Origin: a virus
Taxonomy: Duplodnaviria; Caudoviricetes
Virus record (IMG/VR): IMGVR_UViG_2974786931_000001
Coordinates: 1-64,000 of that record
Strand: one strand, 5' to 3'
Length of the DNA stretch: 64,000 nt
This document shows positions 36,252 to 46,515 of the stretch, one piece after another. Below the pieces are notes generated by a model, which was not told where the DNA came from, did not search any database, and worked only from the letters and a program-made list of their open reading frames with translations. The position numbers were made by a program, and so were the translations under genes. Within the stretch, counting starts at the first letter, position 1, and the number at the start of each line of letters is the position of its first letter.

Positions 36252-37213
36252 TGCCATTGCATTTCCACCGCTAAACGAATCAAAAGATATGCGATATGAA
36301 TTTCAATATTAGCAGCTAGGCCATAATATTGATTGCTTTCACCGATTAGTTCATATAAACGAATCTTACTGGACTTATTGATAACTTCGTACAATTCATT
36401 AGACAATTTTTCTACAAAGTTAGCATAATCAGCGGCATATCGTGGAGCTAGTGAACGAAGGTCTTTAATATTCTTATCTTTCAAAGCTTCGATTACTTCA
36501 TTAATAGTACCACGTTCTACAACAACAGCACTCAAAATGCCCGAGTCAATAACACCTTTATAAGAATAACGGTCTAAGTCATTAACTGTTTTACGAAGGC
36601 TTGGGAAATTCTTTTTAACTAATGCTGCAATAACTTTCATATCTTGGATTTCGATATTTTCGTTTTTACAGATATCAACACAACGATAAATCATTTCTTT
36701 CATCATTGCATTTTTGTCGACATCAGTTGCTAAACCAAATTTAATAACTTGAGCTCGGTCTTGAAGAGGTTTAATAATACCTTCAAGGTTGTTTGCTGTA
36801 ATAATAATTGTACAGTTATGAGAATATGTTTCCATGAAAGCACGTAAGTGTTTTTGGGATTCAGCAACATGAGAACCACGGTCGAATTCATCAATAACAA
36901 TAACTTTTTTACGCCCATCAATAGAACCAGAAGATGCAAAACGTGTCAATTCAGTACGAACAAAGTTGATCAAACAATCAGCGCCATTAACAAACATCAT
37001 ATCAGCATTAGTGTCATTACATAATGCTTTAGCTACTGTTGTTTTGCCTGTACCTGGTGAATTACTTTGTAAGATTAAATGAGGAAGTGTGCCTTTTTTA
37101 ACTAAGGCTTTAAACATGGCTTTATCTTCAGCTGGAAGAATACAGTCATCAATTGTTTGTGGACGATATTTTTGTTCGAAGATATGTTCGTCGTTATTTG
37201 TTGCAATTTGCAT
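36248..37213 (-). CDS. 44: Clamp loader large subunit
   Basis: EQKYRP, SPGTGKTT, DEFD. Confidence 0.95.
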   Translation of the reverse strand: MQIATNNDEHIFEQKYRPQTIDDCILPAEDKAMFKALVKKGTLPHLILQSNSPGTGKTTVAKALCNDTNADMMFVNGADCLINFVRTELTRFASSGSIDGRKKVIVIDEFDRGSHVAESQKHLRAFMETYSHNCTIIITANNLEGIIKPLQDRAQVIKFGLATDVDKNAMMKEMIYRCVDICKNENIEIQDMKVIAALVKKNFPSLRKTVNDLDRYSYKGVIDSGILSAVVVERGTINEVIEALKDKNIKDLRSLAPRYAADYANFVEKLSNELYEVINKSSKIRLYELIGESNQYYGLAANIEIHIAYLLIRLAVEMQWQ

Positions 37214-37230
37214 ATTATGTTCCTCAAATT

Positions 37231-37246
37231 AGGGACCGAAGTCCCT
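37231..37246 (-). terminator. UUCG hairpin between 45 and 44 (weak U-tract)
   Basis: AGGGAC-TTCG-GTCCCT. Confidence 0.6.
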
Positions 37247-37253
37247 TTAAAAA

Positions 37254-37958
37254 TTAAACGAAATCGTAAGTCGAATCTGATTCTACAGCAATAACATAAT
37301 TAACTTGTGTACCTTCAAAACGCAATGCAGCTTGCTTTTCAGTACCTTTGATTTTTCCCCAAATCATTACTTTATAATCGCCATCAACAATTTTCAAGTT
37401 GCTCATATTGATAAGAATATTAAATTGATGTTCACCGTCGTATTCGCCTGCTTCAAGAGAATACAGAATTTTAGAACAAGACGAATCAGCTACTTTGTTA
37501 TAGCCATTAATAACAATTTTACCTTCATTATTAGTAATGCCTAATGTGTCGATACCCATACCACGTGATACACGAAGCAATTGTTTCAGTTCTTCACCTG
37601 GAAGTTCAAAGATGACATGAGCCAATGGGAACTTAACAGCACTTGGCGGAAACTTAATTGAACTTGGGTCTGCAGAAGCCCAGTTAATAGTTGAACGACC
37701 ATTTCGAATTTCGATATTAGCCATTTTAGAATCATGAGTGATTTCAGCATTTTCGCCAACCAGACTCAATACACTCAAGAATGCTGGCAAATCGTAAATC
37801 GCTACATCAAAATCAATTTCGTCTGCAATAGTTGCATCAGCATAACTTGTGCCATTCACAGCACGAGTCATTACAAAGTTACCTTTCTTTAGCATCAAGC
37901 CAGAGTTAATGGATGAGAAGTTTTTAAGGATGCTAATAGTTTCTTTGGACAATTTCAT
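37254..37958 (-). CDS. 45: Sliding clamp
   Basis: MKLSKETI.ILKNFS.INSG, TRAVNGT.YA.A. Confidence 0.95.
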   Translation of the reverse strand: MKLSKETISILKNFSSINSGLMLKKGNFVMTRAVNGTSYADATIADEIDFDVAIYDLPAFLSVLSLVGENAEITHDSKMANIEIRNGRSTINWASADPSSIKFPPSAVKFPLAHVIFELPGEELKQLLRVSRGMGIDTLGITNNEGKIVINGYNKVADSSCSKILYSLEAGEYDGEHQFNILINMSNLKIVDGDYKVMIWGKIKGTEKQAALRFEGTQVNYVIAVESDSTYDFV

Positions 37959-38006
37959 TTTATTTCCTTTCAAATCAGTGTGAGATTATTATATCAAATC
38001 TTTATA

Positions 38007-38420
38007 TTAAGCGTTAACAACGCCATTCATTTCATTACGAACTGAAAGAGGCAATTCAGTAAAGAAGCCTGGCAATGCATCGATTGTACGCAATGCGGCT
38101 GTAATAAGATGTTCATCCGAATCCATACAGAATTTATCTTCTAGACGATTGTCACCAATTTTATCTACAATCATTGATGCACCGTTTTTAATAGAATCTT
38201 CTTTATGGGAATTCATAACACGAATCCATTCTTCGCCAACCATGGAATCAATTGCAGAATAAATCATGAAACGAGTTTCTTGGTTAATTCGACGAAGTTG
38301 TGTGCCAAGTTCAGTTGGCAATTGCATGACCCATGATTTACGAACACGGTTGTCGATATTAGGGTTCATAGAAGAACGAACGTTTACTGGTTGCAGGTCT
38401 TTAGTTGTGATAGCGATCAT
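38007..38420 (-). CDS. rpbA: RNA polymerase binding protein RpbA
   Basis: D.QP..VR...NPN..N.VR..WV; synteny. Confidence 0.85.
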   Translation of the reverse strand: MIAITTKDLQPVNVRSSMNPNIDNRVRKSWVMQLPTELGTQLRRINQETRFMIYSAIDSMVGEEWIRVMNSHKEDSIKNGASMIVDKIGDNRLEDKFCMDSDEHLITAALRTIDALPGFFTELPLSVRNEMNGVVNA

Positions 38421-38431
38421 AATATTTTCTC

Positions 38432-38632
38432 TTATTTGTTAAAATAATCTTCAAGGAACCAGGCTGAACTTCGTCCAGCCAATATTTTTTCTAATTCTTT
38501 AGGGTTATCAGCAAATGCATCTTCAAGCATTTTATCAGTAACCATATGGTGTTGGCTACTGAATGTATTGTGTAGAATATAACGTTTTATTTCTAATGCA
38601 CATAACAAGTGCTGATTTGAATCGATTTTCAT
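38432..38632 (-). CDS. gp45.2-like protein
   Basis: EIKRYILHN.FS; synteny. Confidence 0.75.
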   Translation of the reverse strand: MKIDSNQHLLCALEIKRYILHNTFSSQHHMVTDKMLEDAFADNPKELEKILAGRSSAWFLEDYFNK

Positions 38633-38634
38633 AA

Positions 38635-40317
38635 TTATTCCATTACGGTAAACCGTCCAACTTTCTTCATTTGGATATGCTGCCCATAATCTTGTGGGTC
38701 ATGGTCTTTATGGCTAATAATAAAGATATTGGCGTCTTTCATACCGTTAATAATATTAGCTACGCATTTAACTGCATCTGAGTCAAAGCTTCCATCAAAA
38801 ACCTCATCCAAGAACAATGAAGAAATATTCATACCTGACACTTTAGATGCAATATCACGCCACGTAAACATCAAACTGATGTCGATACGTGATTTTTCAC
38901 CTTCACTAAATGATGCATACATAAATTCTTCACGACCACGGGATTTAATTGTTTCATTAAACTCTTCGTCAAGATTGAAACTATAATCGGCTTCAAGTAT
39001 TTTCAAATAATGATTAATTTGTTTGTTGAACAAAGGAATATATTTCTTAATAATAGCACCTTTAATGCCAGAATCTTTAAGCATTTCAGTGATAATACCA
39101 CGATGATATTTTTCCATTACCAATTCAGTTTTTGTTGCAATGATTTTATCATGTTCAGTTTGAAGCATAATAACATCATGACTGTTATCGATAAATTCTT
39201 GTGCAGCTTGTTCAATCAATGTTTTAACTTTCTTGGCTTTAGTCACAGCTTCAATTGCTTGAGCTTTGTGATTAGCAATATTTGTTTTAGTAGTCTGTGC
39301 TGCGCGTGATTGTTCAACAAATTTATTTTGAATTTCTTTTAATTCATCACGTTGTGTCTTAATTATATTAAGATTTTCATTAAGCACGCTATGTTTAGAT
39401 TGAATAGTTGAAACAACATTACCATGTGCTTCAAGATTCTGAAGACATGTAGGGCAATCACCGCCATCTTTATACAATCCAAGAACTCTAGTGAAGTTAC
39501 TCATCTCAGATTGAATACCATACATCTTCTGATCTAATTGACGACAGGATTCACTAGGGTCATCCGAGATAACTAAGTTGAGTAATTCATCAGTTAATAT
39601 TTCTATTTTAGCCTTGTGACCCTGGGCTTCACTTACGAAGTCATCATACATACTTTGGAAACGAGCTACGTTTTCTTCACCCATTTTCTTTTGGCGTTCA
39701 GCATTATCTTGGTAGATTTTAATCTGCTGCAATATGCCATCTTTCTTTGTATCAATGATTTGAACTGATTGATTAATCTCACGAATATTAGATTTATTCA
39801 ATTTATCCATTTCGGCTAATACAGAAACTTCTAAAAGGTCTTCAACAAGTTTGCGACGAGCTGGCGTGGTAAGTGCCATAAACGGTGTATATCCTGCTGT
39901 TCCAAGGACAACGATTTGTTTAAAGGCGTTGTAGGTGATTCCAATAAGTGATTCGAAGTAACTTTGGAAATCTTTTGAACTGGCCGATTCGTTAAGCTTT
40001 TCGCCGTCTCGTTCAATTTCGAATACTGTAGGTTTCTGACCACGTTTGATATAATAAGAATGGCCATCATATTCCATCCATAATTCAGTTAGTAATGCTT
40101 TCTTATTAGTCGTGTTAACTAATAAGCCCTTTTTAATATCACGGAATGGCTTGCCGAACAATGCAAATGTAATGGCTTCAAGCATTGTTGATTTGCCACC
40201 ACCATTCTTACCAGTGATTAATGACTTATGGGTTTTGTCTAGTTGAAGGTCAATTGCTTGGCCACCAACAGACATGATATTTTGATACTTGATTCGATTA
40301 AGTTTAAAGTTCTTCAT
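38635..40317 (-). CDS. 46: Recombination endonuclease subunit (Rad50/SbcC-like)
   Basis: GKNGGGKST, CPTC hook, FSEGEK, LDEVFDGS. Confidence 0.97.
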   Translation of the reverse strand: MKNFKLNRIKYQNIMSVGGQAIDLQLDKTHKSLITGKNGGGKSTMLEAITFALFGKPFRDIKKGLLVNTTNKKALLTELWMEYDGHSYYIKRGQKPTVFEIERDGEKLNESASSKDFQSYFESLIGITYNAFKQIVVLGTAGYTPFMALTTPARRKLVEDLLEVSVLAEMDKLNKSNIREINQSVQIIDTKKDGILQQIKIYQDNAERQKKMGEENVARFQSMYDDFVSEAQGHKAKIEILTDELLNLVISDDPSESCRQLDQKMYGIQSEMSNFTRVLGLYKDGGDCPTCLQNLEAHGNVVSTIQSKHSVLNENLNIIKTQRDELKEIQNKFVEQSRAAQTTKTNIANHKAQAIEAVTKAKKVKTLIEQAAQEFIDNSHDVIMLQTEHDKIIATKTELVMEKYHRGIITEMLKDSGIKGAIIKKYIPLFNKQINHYLKILEADYSFNLDEEFNETIKSRGREEFMYASFSEGEKSRIDISLMFTWRDIASKVSGMNISSLFLDEVFDGSFDSDAVKCVANIINGMKDANIFIISHKDHDPQDYGQHIQMKKVGRFTVME

Positions 40318-40526
40318 AGGTTTTCTTCTTCAATTCGCGCAGTAGTCCATTCTATCATATCGGCTTCAGAGCTAAATTCTTTGTTGAAATGTTCAGACCA
40401 TATATGATTAATAGAACATTCAGACATAACGTACATCAATCCAGTGTATAGACCATCTGTTTCTGTCCATTCAACACTTCCATACCAGCCATCGCCTAAA
40501 TAAAAATCATGCATTTTGAGCCTCAA
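40314..40526 (-). CDS. gp46.1-like protein
   Basis: LGDGW.G..EW; between 46 and 47. Confidence 0.7.
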   Translation of the reverse strand: MRLKMHDFYLGDGWYGSVEWTETDGLYTGLMYVMSECSINHIWSEHFNKEFSSEADMIEWTTARIEEENL

Positions 40527-41532
40527 TGAAAAGTTTTTTAGCTAAGATTTTAAGTGATTTGATGTCATCTGGAGTAACATCATTGATAGCATCAATATAA
40601 TCTTCCATTATCTCAAGCAAACTTTTAACTTCAATTTCTTCATCAGAATCTGCAAGGTCAACACCATTATCTACTTTAGAAATAACTTTAAGTGTATAGA
40701 CGACTTTTTCTAATTCAGCTTCAAACTTAGTTAAGCCATCATCAACTTTTTCTGCAATAACACGAACAGCCAAGTTTTTAAAATCTTCTACTTTAAATGA
40801 TGCATCAGCAGGATAAAAAATCTTACGATGCCAGCATGTTGGGTTTTCTACAAATACCATGCTTTTATCTTCAGTATCAAATACCCAAAAACCACGTGGA
40901 TCATTTTCATCGCCAGCAGTTAATGTCCATGGAGTACCAATATACTTAACGTTAGCAGCTTCGCTGATTGTGTGGAAATGCCCAGACCAAACTTGTTTAT
41001 ATTTCTTCAAAAAATCTGGTTCTAATCCATGAGATTTCATGCCACGATAAAAATAAAAACCATTTAGTTCCCAGTGCCCAATACAATAATCAGCTGAAGA
41101 TGTTTTAACGTGATTCATAATCTCAGTCGTGTTTTCGTTACACATCCAAGGAATCAAATCAATTAAGCACCCGTCGAAATCTACTGTAGTTGGATTTTCA
41201 TAGACAATGATATTTTCATATTTACCTAACACTTCAGTTACTGCGTTAGGTGTTAATGTATCTTTATAGTGCATATCGTGATTTCCAACAATGACATGCA
41301 TCACAATACCAGCTTCTTCGAGCATCGTAGCGATTTCACGTGCAAATTCTAAGCACTTATGCGTAATAGCTTTGCGAACATCAAATATATCGCCATACTG
41401 GATAATTACTTTAATATTATTTTCTTTAGCATATTTGATATGTTGGCGGATACCTTCACGCTGAATATTTTGTACCCAAGGGTCATCATTTTTAACGCCA
41501 AGATGCCAATCGCCTGATTGAATTATTTTCAT
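40507..41532 (-). CDS. 47: Recombination nuclease subunit (Mre11/SbcD-like)
   Basis: GDWHLG, GDIFD, GNHD, GHWE, GHFH. Confidence 0.97.
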   Translation of the reverse strand: MKIIQSGDWHLGVKNDDPWVQNIQREGIRQHIKYAKENNIKVIIQYGDIFDVRKAITHKCLEFAREIATMLEEAGIVMHVIVGNHDMHYKDTLTPNAVTEVLGKYENIIVYENPTTVDFDGCLIDLIPWMCNENTTEIMNHVKTSSADYCIGHWELNGFYFYRGMKSHGLEPDFLKKYKQVWSGHFHTISEAANVKYIGTPWTLTAGDENDPRGFWVFDTEDKSMVFVENPTCWHRKIFYPADASFKVEDFKNLAVRVIAEKVDDGLTKFEAELEKVVYTLKVISKVDNGVDLADSDEEIEVKSLLEIMEDYIDAINDVTPDDIKSLKILAKKLFIEAQNA

Positions 41533-41581
41533 TCTGTTTTCCTCTAATAAGTTAATTCATTATATCATATGTTTAGAAAGC

Positions 41582-41608
41582 AAAAATGGAACCACTAGGG
41601 TTCCATTT
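41582..41608 (-). terminator. Terminator
   Basis: AAATGGAACC-CTAGT-GGTTCCATTT-TT. Confidence 0.7.
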
Positions 41609-41855
41609 GTTTTGTTAGCACATAGCCATTAGCTTCAACAATTGCTTTAGCTTTTATAAATTCATTTATCATTTGCTGTTTCTGAGCGCGTATTTTAGCA
41701 AATTGGATATTTTCTGACTTAGAGCAAGGATAACAATAATAAGACCGTTTAGGGCCAGAATATTGAACACTACACTCATGACATATACAAAAATACGACT
41801 GGTCATCAGGCCAGTCGTGTAATGACGCGCGTATAGTAAATTCTTTAATATACAC
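41595..41855 (-). CDS. Cys-rich zinc-binding hypothetical protein
   Basis: CICHECS ... CYPC. Confidence 0.6.
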   Translation of the reverse strand: MYIKEFTIRASLHDWPDDQSYFCICHECSVQYSGPKRSYYCYPCSKSENIQFAKIRAQKQQMINEFIKAKAIVEANGYVLTKQMEP

Positions 41856-41870
41856 CCCAATCTTCTTCGT

Positions 41871-42071
41871 TTACCATAGTCGTTTCCACCAAGGTTTAAG
41901 CATATATGAATCAGCCCATACAATTTGTTTTTTAATTGTAGGTATAAATCCAGGTTTCGAAAGATCGTAATAATTCTTTTCATCACGTTTAACGCAAATT
42001 GCACCCAGTGGAGAAGCTAAAGTGAAGCCTGCATTAACTTTCAGATTCTTAAATTTTGTTTGTATTAACAT
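41871..42071 (-). CDS. a-gt.3-like protein
   Basis: FK.L.VNAGFTL; synteny. Confidence 0.6.
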   Translation of the reverse strand: MLIQTKFKNLKVNAGFTLASPLGAICVKRDEKNYYDLSKPGFIPTIKKQIVWADSYMLKPWWKRLW

Positions 42072-42378
42072 TAATTAAGTCCCATACAGATTTACGAGTA
42101 GTAGCCCATTGAGTAGCTATCAATTCGTCGTTATAAGGCTGCTTATAGAAATCACGAAGTTTCTTAAGCGAATATGAATAAGCCGCAAAATTATTATCTA
42201 AAACTGAATCATATGCTACTTGTTGTAGACGTGCAATTTCGCGTTTATTCTTTTTAAGGAATTTATTAGCCTTTGCTTTAGCTTGAATCTCAACTTCAGT
42301 TTGGGCTTGATCGATAATTTCTTGAATTCGTTCTTCATTAATAACTGTATCAGGCTCGTTCATTTTAGGTTGAATCAT
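42049..42378 (-). CDS. a-gt.4-like protein
   Basis: KA.KFLKKNKREI.RL, Y.Y...KLR..Y.QP. Confidence 0.75.
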   Translation of the reverse strand: MIQPKMNEPDTVINEERIQEIIDQAQTEVEIQAKAKANKFLKKNKREIARLQQVAYDSVLDNNFAAYSYSLKKLRDFYKQPYNDELIATQWATTRKSVWDLINVNTNKI

Positions 42379-42611
42379 AATTCCTCGAAAGGCTTAAAGT
42401 CAATAGAAACGCTGAATTCGGTATCAGTTACATTATATTGGTATTCAACTATACCGAAGTCAGAAGTAATGGTTTCATCTCCAGGATTTAAAGGATCTAT
42501 TTTAATAGGAATCTTAATAACATCCAAGAGATATAATTTTAAAAGATAAGGGATACTTGATACATCATCTATTTCATCTAGAAAGCCAGCTAGGTTAATC
42601 TTCAGGCTCAT
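42375..42611 (-). CDS. a-gt.5-like protein
   Basis: L..FL.EI.D...IPYLLK.YL..V..I.I.IDP.NP. Confidence 0.7.
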   Translation of the reverse strand: MSLKINLAGFLDEIDDVSSIPYLLKLYLLDVIKIPIKIDPLNPGDETITSDFGIVEYQYNVTDTEFSVSIDFKPFEEL

Positions 42612-43137
42612 ATAAAAATTCCAAATTAGCACCATCAGTTTCTGTTTCGCTCTTTTTAGGCCCTGGCGTCTTGAAAGCTGAGGTTTCGTACTGCGTCATT
42701 TTATCATAGATGTCTTGAATAAAGGTTTCATCTGCTAACGCTACTATATCGTCATCCATAGAGTCATAAACGTTATGGACAAAATAACTATATTTCTTTG
42801 CAATTTCTTTACGTTCTTTTTTGATACGTTGTACAAATGCGTGGAAACAAGCTGTGGTTATATATGCATGTGGATTGGTATATTTGGTTTCGTCATAGTT
42901 ATGGAGTCCTTTAATAGAAGCTTCAATACCATCAGAAATCATTTCTTCTTTCCATGAACGGGAGTATCCAGAGAAATTGAAACGCTTACATAAGCCTTCG
43001 GCAATCAGCATAATAGCCAAACCGATCGTATCATTCTGGCGAATAATTTTATTTGGATTTGTATTAGCTCTAAGGCGGGTTTTCCATTCTACAATGGCTG
43101 CTTGGAGCTCCTTATTGTTTACATAATTATTAGCCAT
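42595..43137 (-). CDS. 55: Late-transcription sigma factor
   Basis: [35 protein letters not shown]. Confidence 0.97.
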   Translation of the reverse strand: MANNYVNNKELQAAIVEWKTRLRANTNPNKIIRQNDTIGLAIMLIAEGLCKRFNFSGYSRSWKEEMISDGIEASIKGLHNYDETKYTNPHAYITTACFHAFVQRIKKERKEIAKKYSYFVHNVYDSMDDDIVALADETFIQDIYDKMTQYETSAFKTPGPKKSETETDGANLEFLYEPED

Positions 43138-43206
43138 GATGCCTCTGTTGTTATATATGTATTTAATACTTATTATATCACTTATTCTTTATTAAAGTAG
43201 TTTGCT

Positions 43207-43581
43207 TTAAAATGTTTCAAGTTCTTTAAGCAATTCACGAATTTCGTCTAGAACCATTTCTTTAGTTCTAGGTGGTTTAATAGGCTCGAACTTGTTGTCG
43301 GTAACTTCATTAAAATATTTGCTTTCATCTTCAAAGAAAAGAGCCAAGTAACTATGGTCTTCAGCATTTATTTCTTTAGTGGCAGACCGAGCTTCTAAAG
43401 CATCACCATCTTGAGTAGTGCTTAATACTAAAAATGGTTCTAAATGTGCATAATCTTCAAATAATTGTTCGCAAATAGTTTTATTAATACTATCATTATA
43501 AACGAAAGTTTGATAATCATGGAAAGAAGCAAACTTGTAATAATGCCCAGGTTTAAAGAAATTAACTTTTGTCATTTTCAA
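43207..43581 (-). CDS. GoF-like family protein
   Basis: G.YYKF.S...F....N..I...EPF.V ... E..YF.EV. Confidence 0.5.
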   Translation of the reverse strand: MKMTKVNFFKPGHYYKFASFHDYQTFVYNDSINKTICEQLFEDYAHLEPFLVLSTTQDGDALEARSATKEINAEDHSYLALFFEDESKYFNEVTDNKFEPIKPPRTKEMVLDEIRELLKELETF

Positions 43582-43978
43582 CCTCTTTCAATTCAGCTTC
43601 TAATTTAGAAATACGCTTTTTATGTGATACAATTTTTAATTTAAGGTCAGCAATTTTATACGATTTAGATAATTCAGGATCGCATAATTGGAAATATTCT
43701 TGCTGTTCAGGTTCAATCATATAAAACTCAAATGATTCTAGTAAAGATTCATCATTTATTTCTTTAGCGTATTGATGACAAGGATGCACTGAAATATTAG
43801 TTACTGTACCATTAATGACAGATTCTACTTTAAAAGGGCGAAGCCCTACACAATTAATAAATTTATTAACTTCCATCATATAGTCATATACATCATATCG
43901 CAATTTAGTTGGCAAATCTCTAAGATAATTTTTAATTTCTTCATTATCTCTAAATTGGTACCATTGACCTTTAATCAT
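43562..43978 (-). CDS. GoF-like family protein
   Basis: G.WYQFRD ... N..G..PFKV; C-terminal coiled coil. Confidence 0.55.
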   Translation of the reverse strand: MIKGQWYQFRDNEEIKNYLRDLPTKLRYDVYDYMMEVNKFINCVGLRPFKVESVINGTVTNISVHPCHQYAKEINDESLLESFEFYMIEPEQQEYFQLCDPELSKSYKIADLKLKIVSHKKRISKLEAELKEVENDKS

Positions 43979-44202
43979 GATAAATCCTTAGCAGCTTGTA
44001 ATGCATCATCTAGAAGACTAAACGTATCAACTGTAAAGTAAATTTCTCGTGTAGAATCAAATTGGTATAGCCACCACACGCCAAAATCTTCTTCAATGGC
44101 CCACTGTGTTCTATTAGAATGGCTTTCAATAAGTAATCTATCGTCAGAAGTAGATTTTACTGTGTATCCAATTAGCACAAGGTCTCGAGCAAGATTTTTC
44201 AT
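43975..44202 (-). CDS. gp55.1-like protein
   Basis: L..DL.L.GY.V, F..WWLY, VD.F..LD.AL.AAK. Confidence 0.7.
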   Translation of the reverse strand: MKNLARDLVLIGYTVKSTSDDRLLIESHSNRTQWAIEEDFGVWWLYQFDSTREIYFTVDTFSLLDDALQAAKDLS

Positions 44203-44409
44203 TTATTTTATTTCCTGGATGTAATGAATTTCAGGCACATACAAAGCTCTATCTAAAATTTCTTTAGCATCCATAGCTTCTTGACGTGTATCAAATCTAT
44301 AGGCTTCTTCAATATGGTTAAAATAGCTAGGAGCACCCCATTTTGTGTCAACAAAATATAAACGTTCGATACCAGGCCGGTTGGATTTAGTATAAAGAAT
44401 ATATTTCAT
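44203..44409 (-). CDS. Hypothetical protein
   Basis: 68-aa ORF, coupled. Confidence 0.55.
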   Translation of the reverse strand: MKYILYTKSNRPGIERLYFVDTKWGAPSYFNHIEEAYRFDTRQEAMDAKEILDRALYVPEIHYIQEIK

Positions 44410-44738
44410 AGTGCAGCCTTAACTGATTTAACATCGCGAAAACCTTTCTTGCGTTGATTCTTCATTTTACGAATAGCTGAATCAGAAATAGTGCTTAAAC
44501 CTTTTACTTTGCTTTCAATACCAAAAGCTTTGATATCAAATTCACGAAGAATATATTCTACTAACAGTTCACGAATACGTGCTTTACCGATCTTTTGGTC
44601 GTTTTCTTTCATATTGCCGTGGAGTTGGATTTCCCACTCATCAAGTAAAGAAGGTGTCACAAAAGTACCTTGTTCCATCATAGCTTCAATTTTATTAAAA
44701 GCGAAAGAATTCAAAACGTTTTTGATTGCTTGTGACAT
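44406..44738 (-). CDS. gp55.2-like protein (T4 homologue inhibits host topoisomerase I)
   Basis: LD.WE..LHG.MKEN.QKIGKARIREL, IRKMKNQRKKGF. Confidence 0.8.
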   Translation of the reverse strand: MSQAIKNVLNSFAFNKIEAMMEQGTFVTPSLLDEWEIQLHGNMKENDQKIGKARIRELLVEYILREFDIKAFGIESKVKGLSTISDSAIRKMKNQRKKGFRDVKSVKAAL

Positions 44739-44796
44739 GTTATTTTCCTCATTGATATTCGATGTAGCCATCTTATATTAAAATGGCTAAAGCAAA

Positions 44797-45021
44797 TTAT
44801 TTAATTTTAGAGGCAATAACCGAGGCATCAGCCATACTGATACAAGGGTTCAAGGATATAATAGCCTGAGCTACTTTGTCACTTGAACCTCTGACATATG
44901 TCATAAGACCGTTAGTTCTTATAGTAATGAATGAATCTTCTACTTCAATCTTAACTGTAATACGGTCATAAGCATTTAAAAGAATCGCGAAGTCATAGTT
45001 TGCTTTAGAAGATACAATCAT
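44797..45021 (-). CDS. Hypothetical protein
   Basis: 74-aa ORF. Confidence 0.55.
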   Translation of the reverse strand: MIVSSKANYDFAILLNAYDRITVKIEVEDSFITIRTNGLMTYVRGSSDKVAQAIISLNPCISMADASVIASKIK

Positions 45022-45022
45022 A

Positions 45023-45406
45023 TTAGTGCCCTAATTTAAGTTTAACTAAATTCAAAGCCATTTCACTGATACGTAATAGCGCGCCAACATCAAGATTAGA
45101 TAAATCTGGTTCTATTGGTTTGATATATTCGTATAATTCAAAATATTCTTCCAATTCTTCTGAACTCAAAACGCATGACGTAGGCAAATCAGCATCTGTC
45201 AGTAAAGCACCAGTATGGTTTTTAATTGCATGCACATTACCAGTACCAATACACTTTTTAGCATCGACGATACCATATATTACTTCAAACACTGCATCTG
45301 TTACTTGATCTAGCCCTGATGTGATAAAAGATGCAATTTGCCCATTAACGCCGTGGCATGCAGAAAATTGTTTATATGAGTAAAAACTTTTGAATTTATA
45401 TTTCAT
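45023..45406 (-). CDS. GoF-like family protein
   Basis: YKFKS....QF.....N..IA ... EE.EEYFELY. Confidence 0.45.
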   Translation of the reverse strand: MKYKFKSFYSYKQFSACHGVNGQIASFITSGLDQVTDAVFEVIYGIVDAKKCIGTGNVHAIKNHTGALLTDADLPTSCVLSSEELEEYFELYEYIKPIEPDLSNLDVGALLRISEMALNLVKLKLGH

Positions 45407-45463
45407 ACTATACTCCTCTTTTTAGATAGGAGTATAGTAACATGAGTATAGAAGAATGTAAAC
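45406..45463 (-). promoter_or_regulatory. Early promoter overlapping a 12-bp anti-SD inverted repeat
   Basis: TACTATACTCCT (45406-45417) / AGGAGTATAGTA (45428-45439); GTTTAC at 45458-45463. Confidence 0.75.
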
Positions 45464-45762
45464 TATTCTTCTATCAAATCAGAATCATGACCTAGAGAAA
45501 TCAGCAGTGAACGTAGGGCCGCCAGGTCGTTTAAAGGAGAATTTTTGAATGTTACTATAGGGTAGGATAAAGCTAGTGTCTTGGAGCCTATAAGCGATGC
45601 TAACTTTTTAATTAGTTCTCGGTCAAAAATAATGTCATTACCATGCTTGTTTATTACAGGAATAAACTCATAAGAAGCTCCTACATCATCTAGAAGCTTC
45701 TTAACAGTTCTACAAGCATGACATCTATGAATTTCTTCAGGGATGCCATATACTTTAATCAT
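45463..45762 (-). CDS. nrdH: Glutaredoxin
   Basis: VYGIPE..HRCHAC; synteny. Confidence 0.85.
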   Translation of the reverse strand: MIKVYGIPEEIHRCHACRTVKKLLDDVGASYEFIPVINKHGNDIIFDRELIKKLASLIGSKTLALSYPIVTFKNSPLNDLAALRSLLISLGHDSDLIEE

Positions 45763-46028
45763 TGCTTTTGAATCTGCAATTTAATTTTAGGCTTATACGT
45801 CCACAGAGCATCGCCAACATTAATTTCAATAACAAAATCGCAATCGCCTGTAAAGAATGTTACGTCGATTTCATAACCTGAAGTTTCTTTAGCATCTAAG
45901 ATTGCATCATAATCAGATTCAGCGCCGATAAAAAAGTCTGTATTTAATACACAATCGTATAAGCAAATACCATCACCAATATCGTCCCATGCTGCCCACT
46001 TCTTAACTACGAATTCAGATAGACGCAT
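45759..46028 (-). CDS. Hypothetical protein
   Basis: 89-aa acidic ORF, coupled. Confidence 0.6.
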   Translation of the reverse strand: MRLSEFVVKKWAAWDDIGDGICLYDCVLNTDFFIGAESDYDAILDAKETSGYEIDVTFFTGDCDFVIEINVGDALWTYKPKIKLQIQKQ

Positions 46029-46257
46029 TTTTAGTGGCCTTCTTGGCTTTAATGATGTCAGATTGTTTTTTAATCTCGTCTTTAAGACCAGTGAAAACTA
46101 TTGTGATATCGTCGGTTTTAGAATCTGAAGAAAATACTGATAACAAAGCAATAACTACAATAACAGGAATAGCAGCCAAACAAATATAAATGAAAAGAAT
46201 CAAGCTGATAAGTGTAGTAGCAATTTTTACAAATTGCGCAAAAAATTTATTAATCAC
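46015..46257 (-). CDS. Small membrane protein (55.8-like position)
   Basis: Long hydrophobic stretch. Confidence 0.6.
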   Translation of the reverse strand: MINKFFAQFVKIATTLISLILFIYICLAAIPVIVVIALLSVFSSDSKTDDITIVFTGLKDEIKKQSDIIKAKKATKNASI

Positions 46258-46515
46258 AGGAATTCACCTTTTTCGTAGTAAGAGAAACTTTCTTCTTCGT
46301 TCATAAAACTTTCCAACCCAGTCGGAAGAGCACCGTCAATAGTAGAGATAAGTGCTTTAGCTTTTTGAAGTTGAGACATTAAATAATTATTTTCTTCAAT
46401 CAATTTTTCAATTTGCATCACGCCACCATTACAAAGATATATAAAGAAGGGAATTCTTCGCCAAAAGCACAGATATAATTATAAAATACATCTGCAATAA
46501 AAGGGATTATTTGAT

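Noticed and set aside
41669-42004. 111-aa alternative minus-strand ORF
   Set aside because: Overlaps two better-supported ORFs; TTG-type start, no motif
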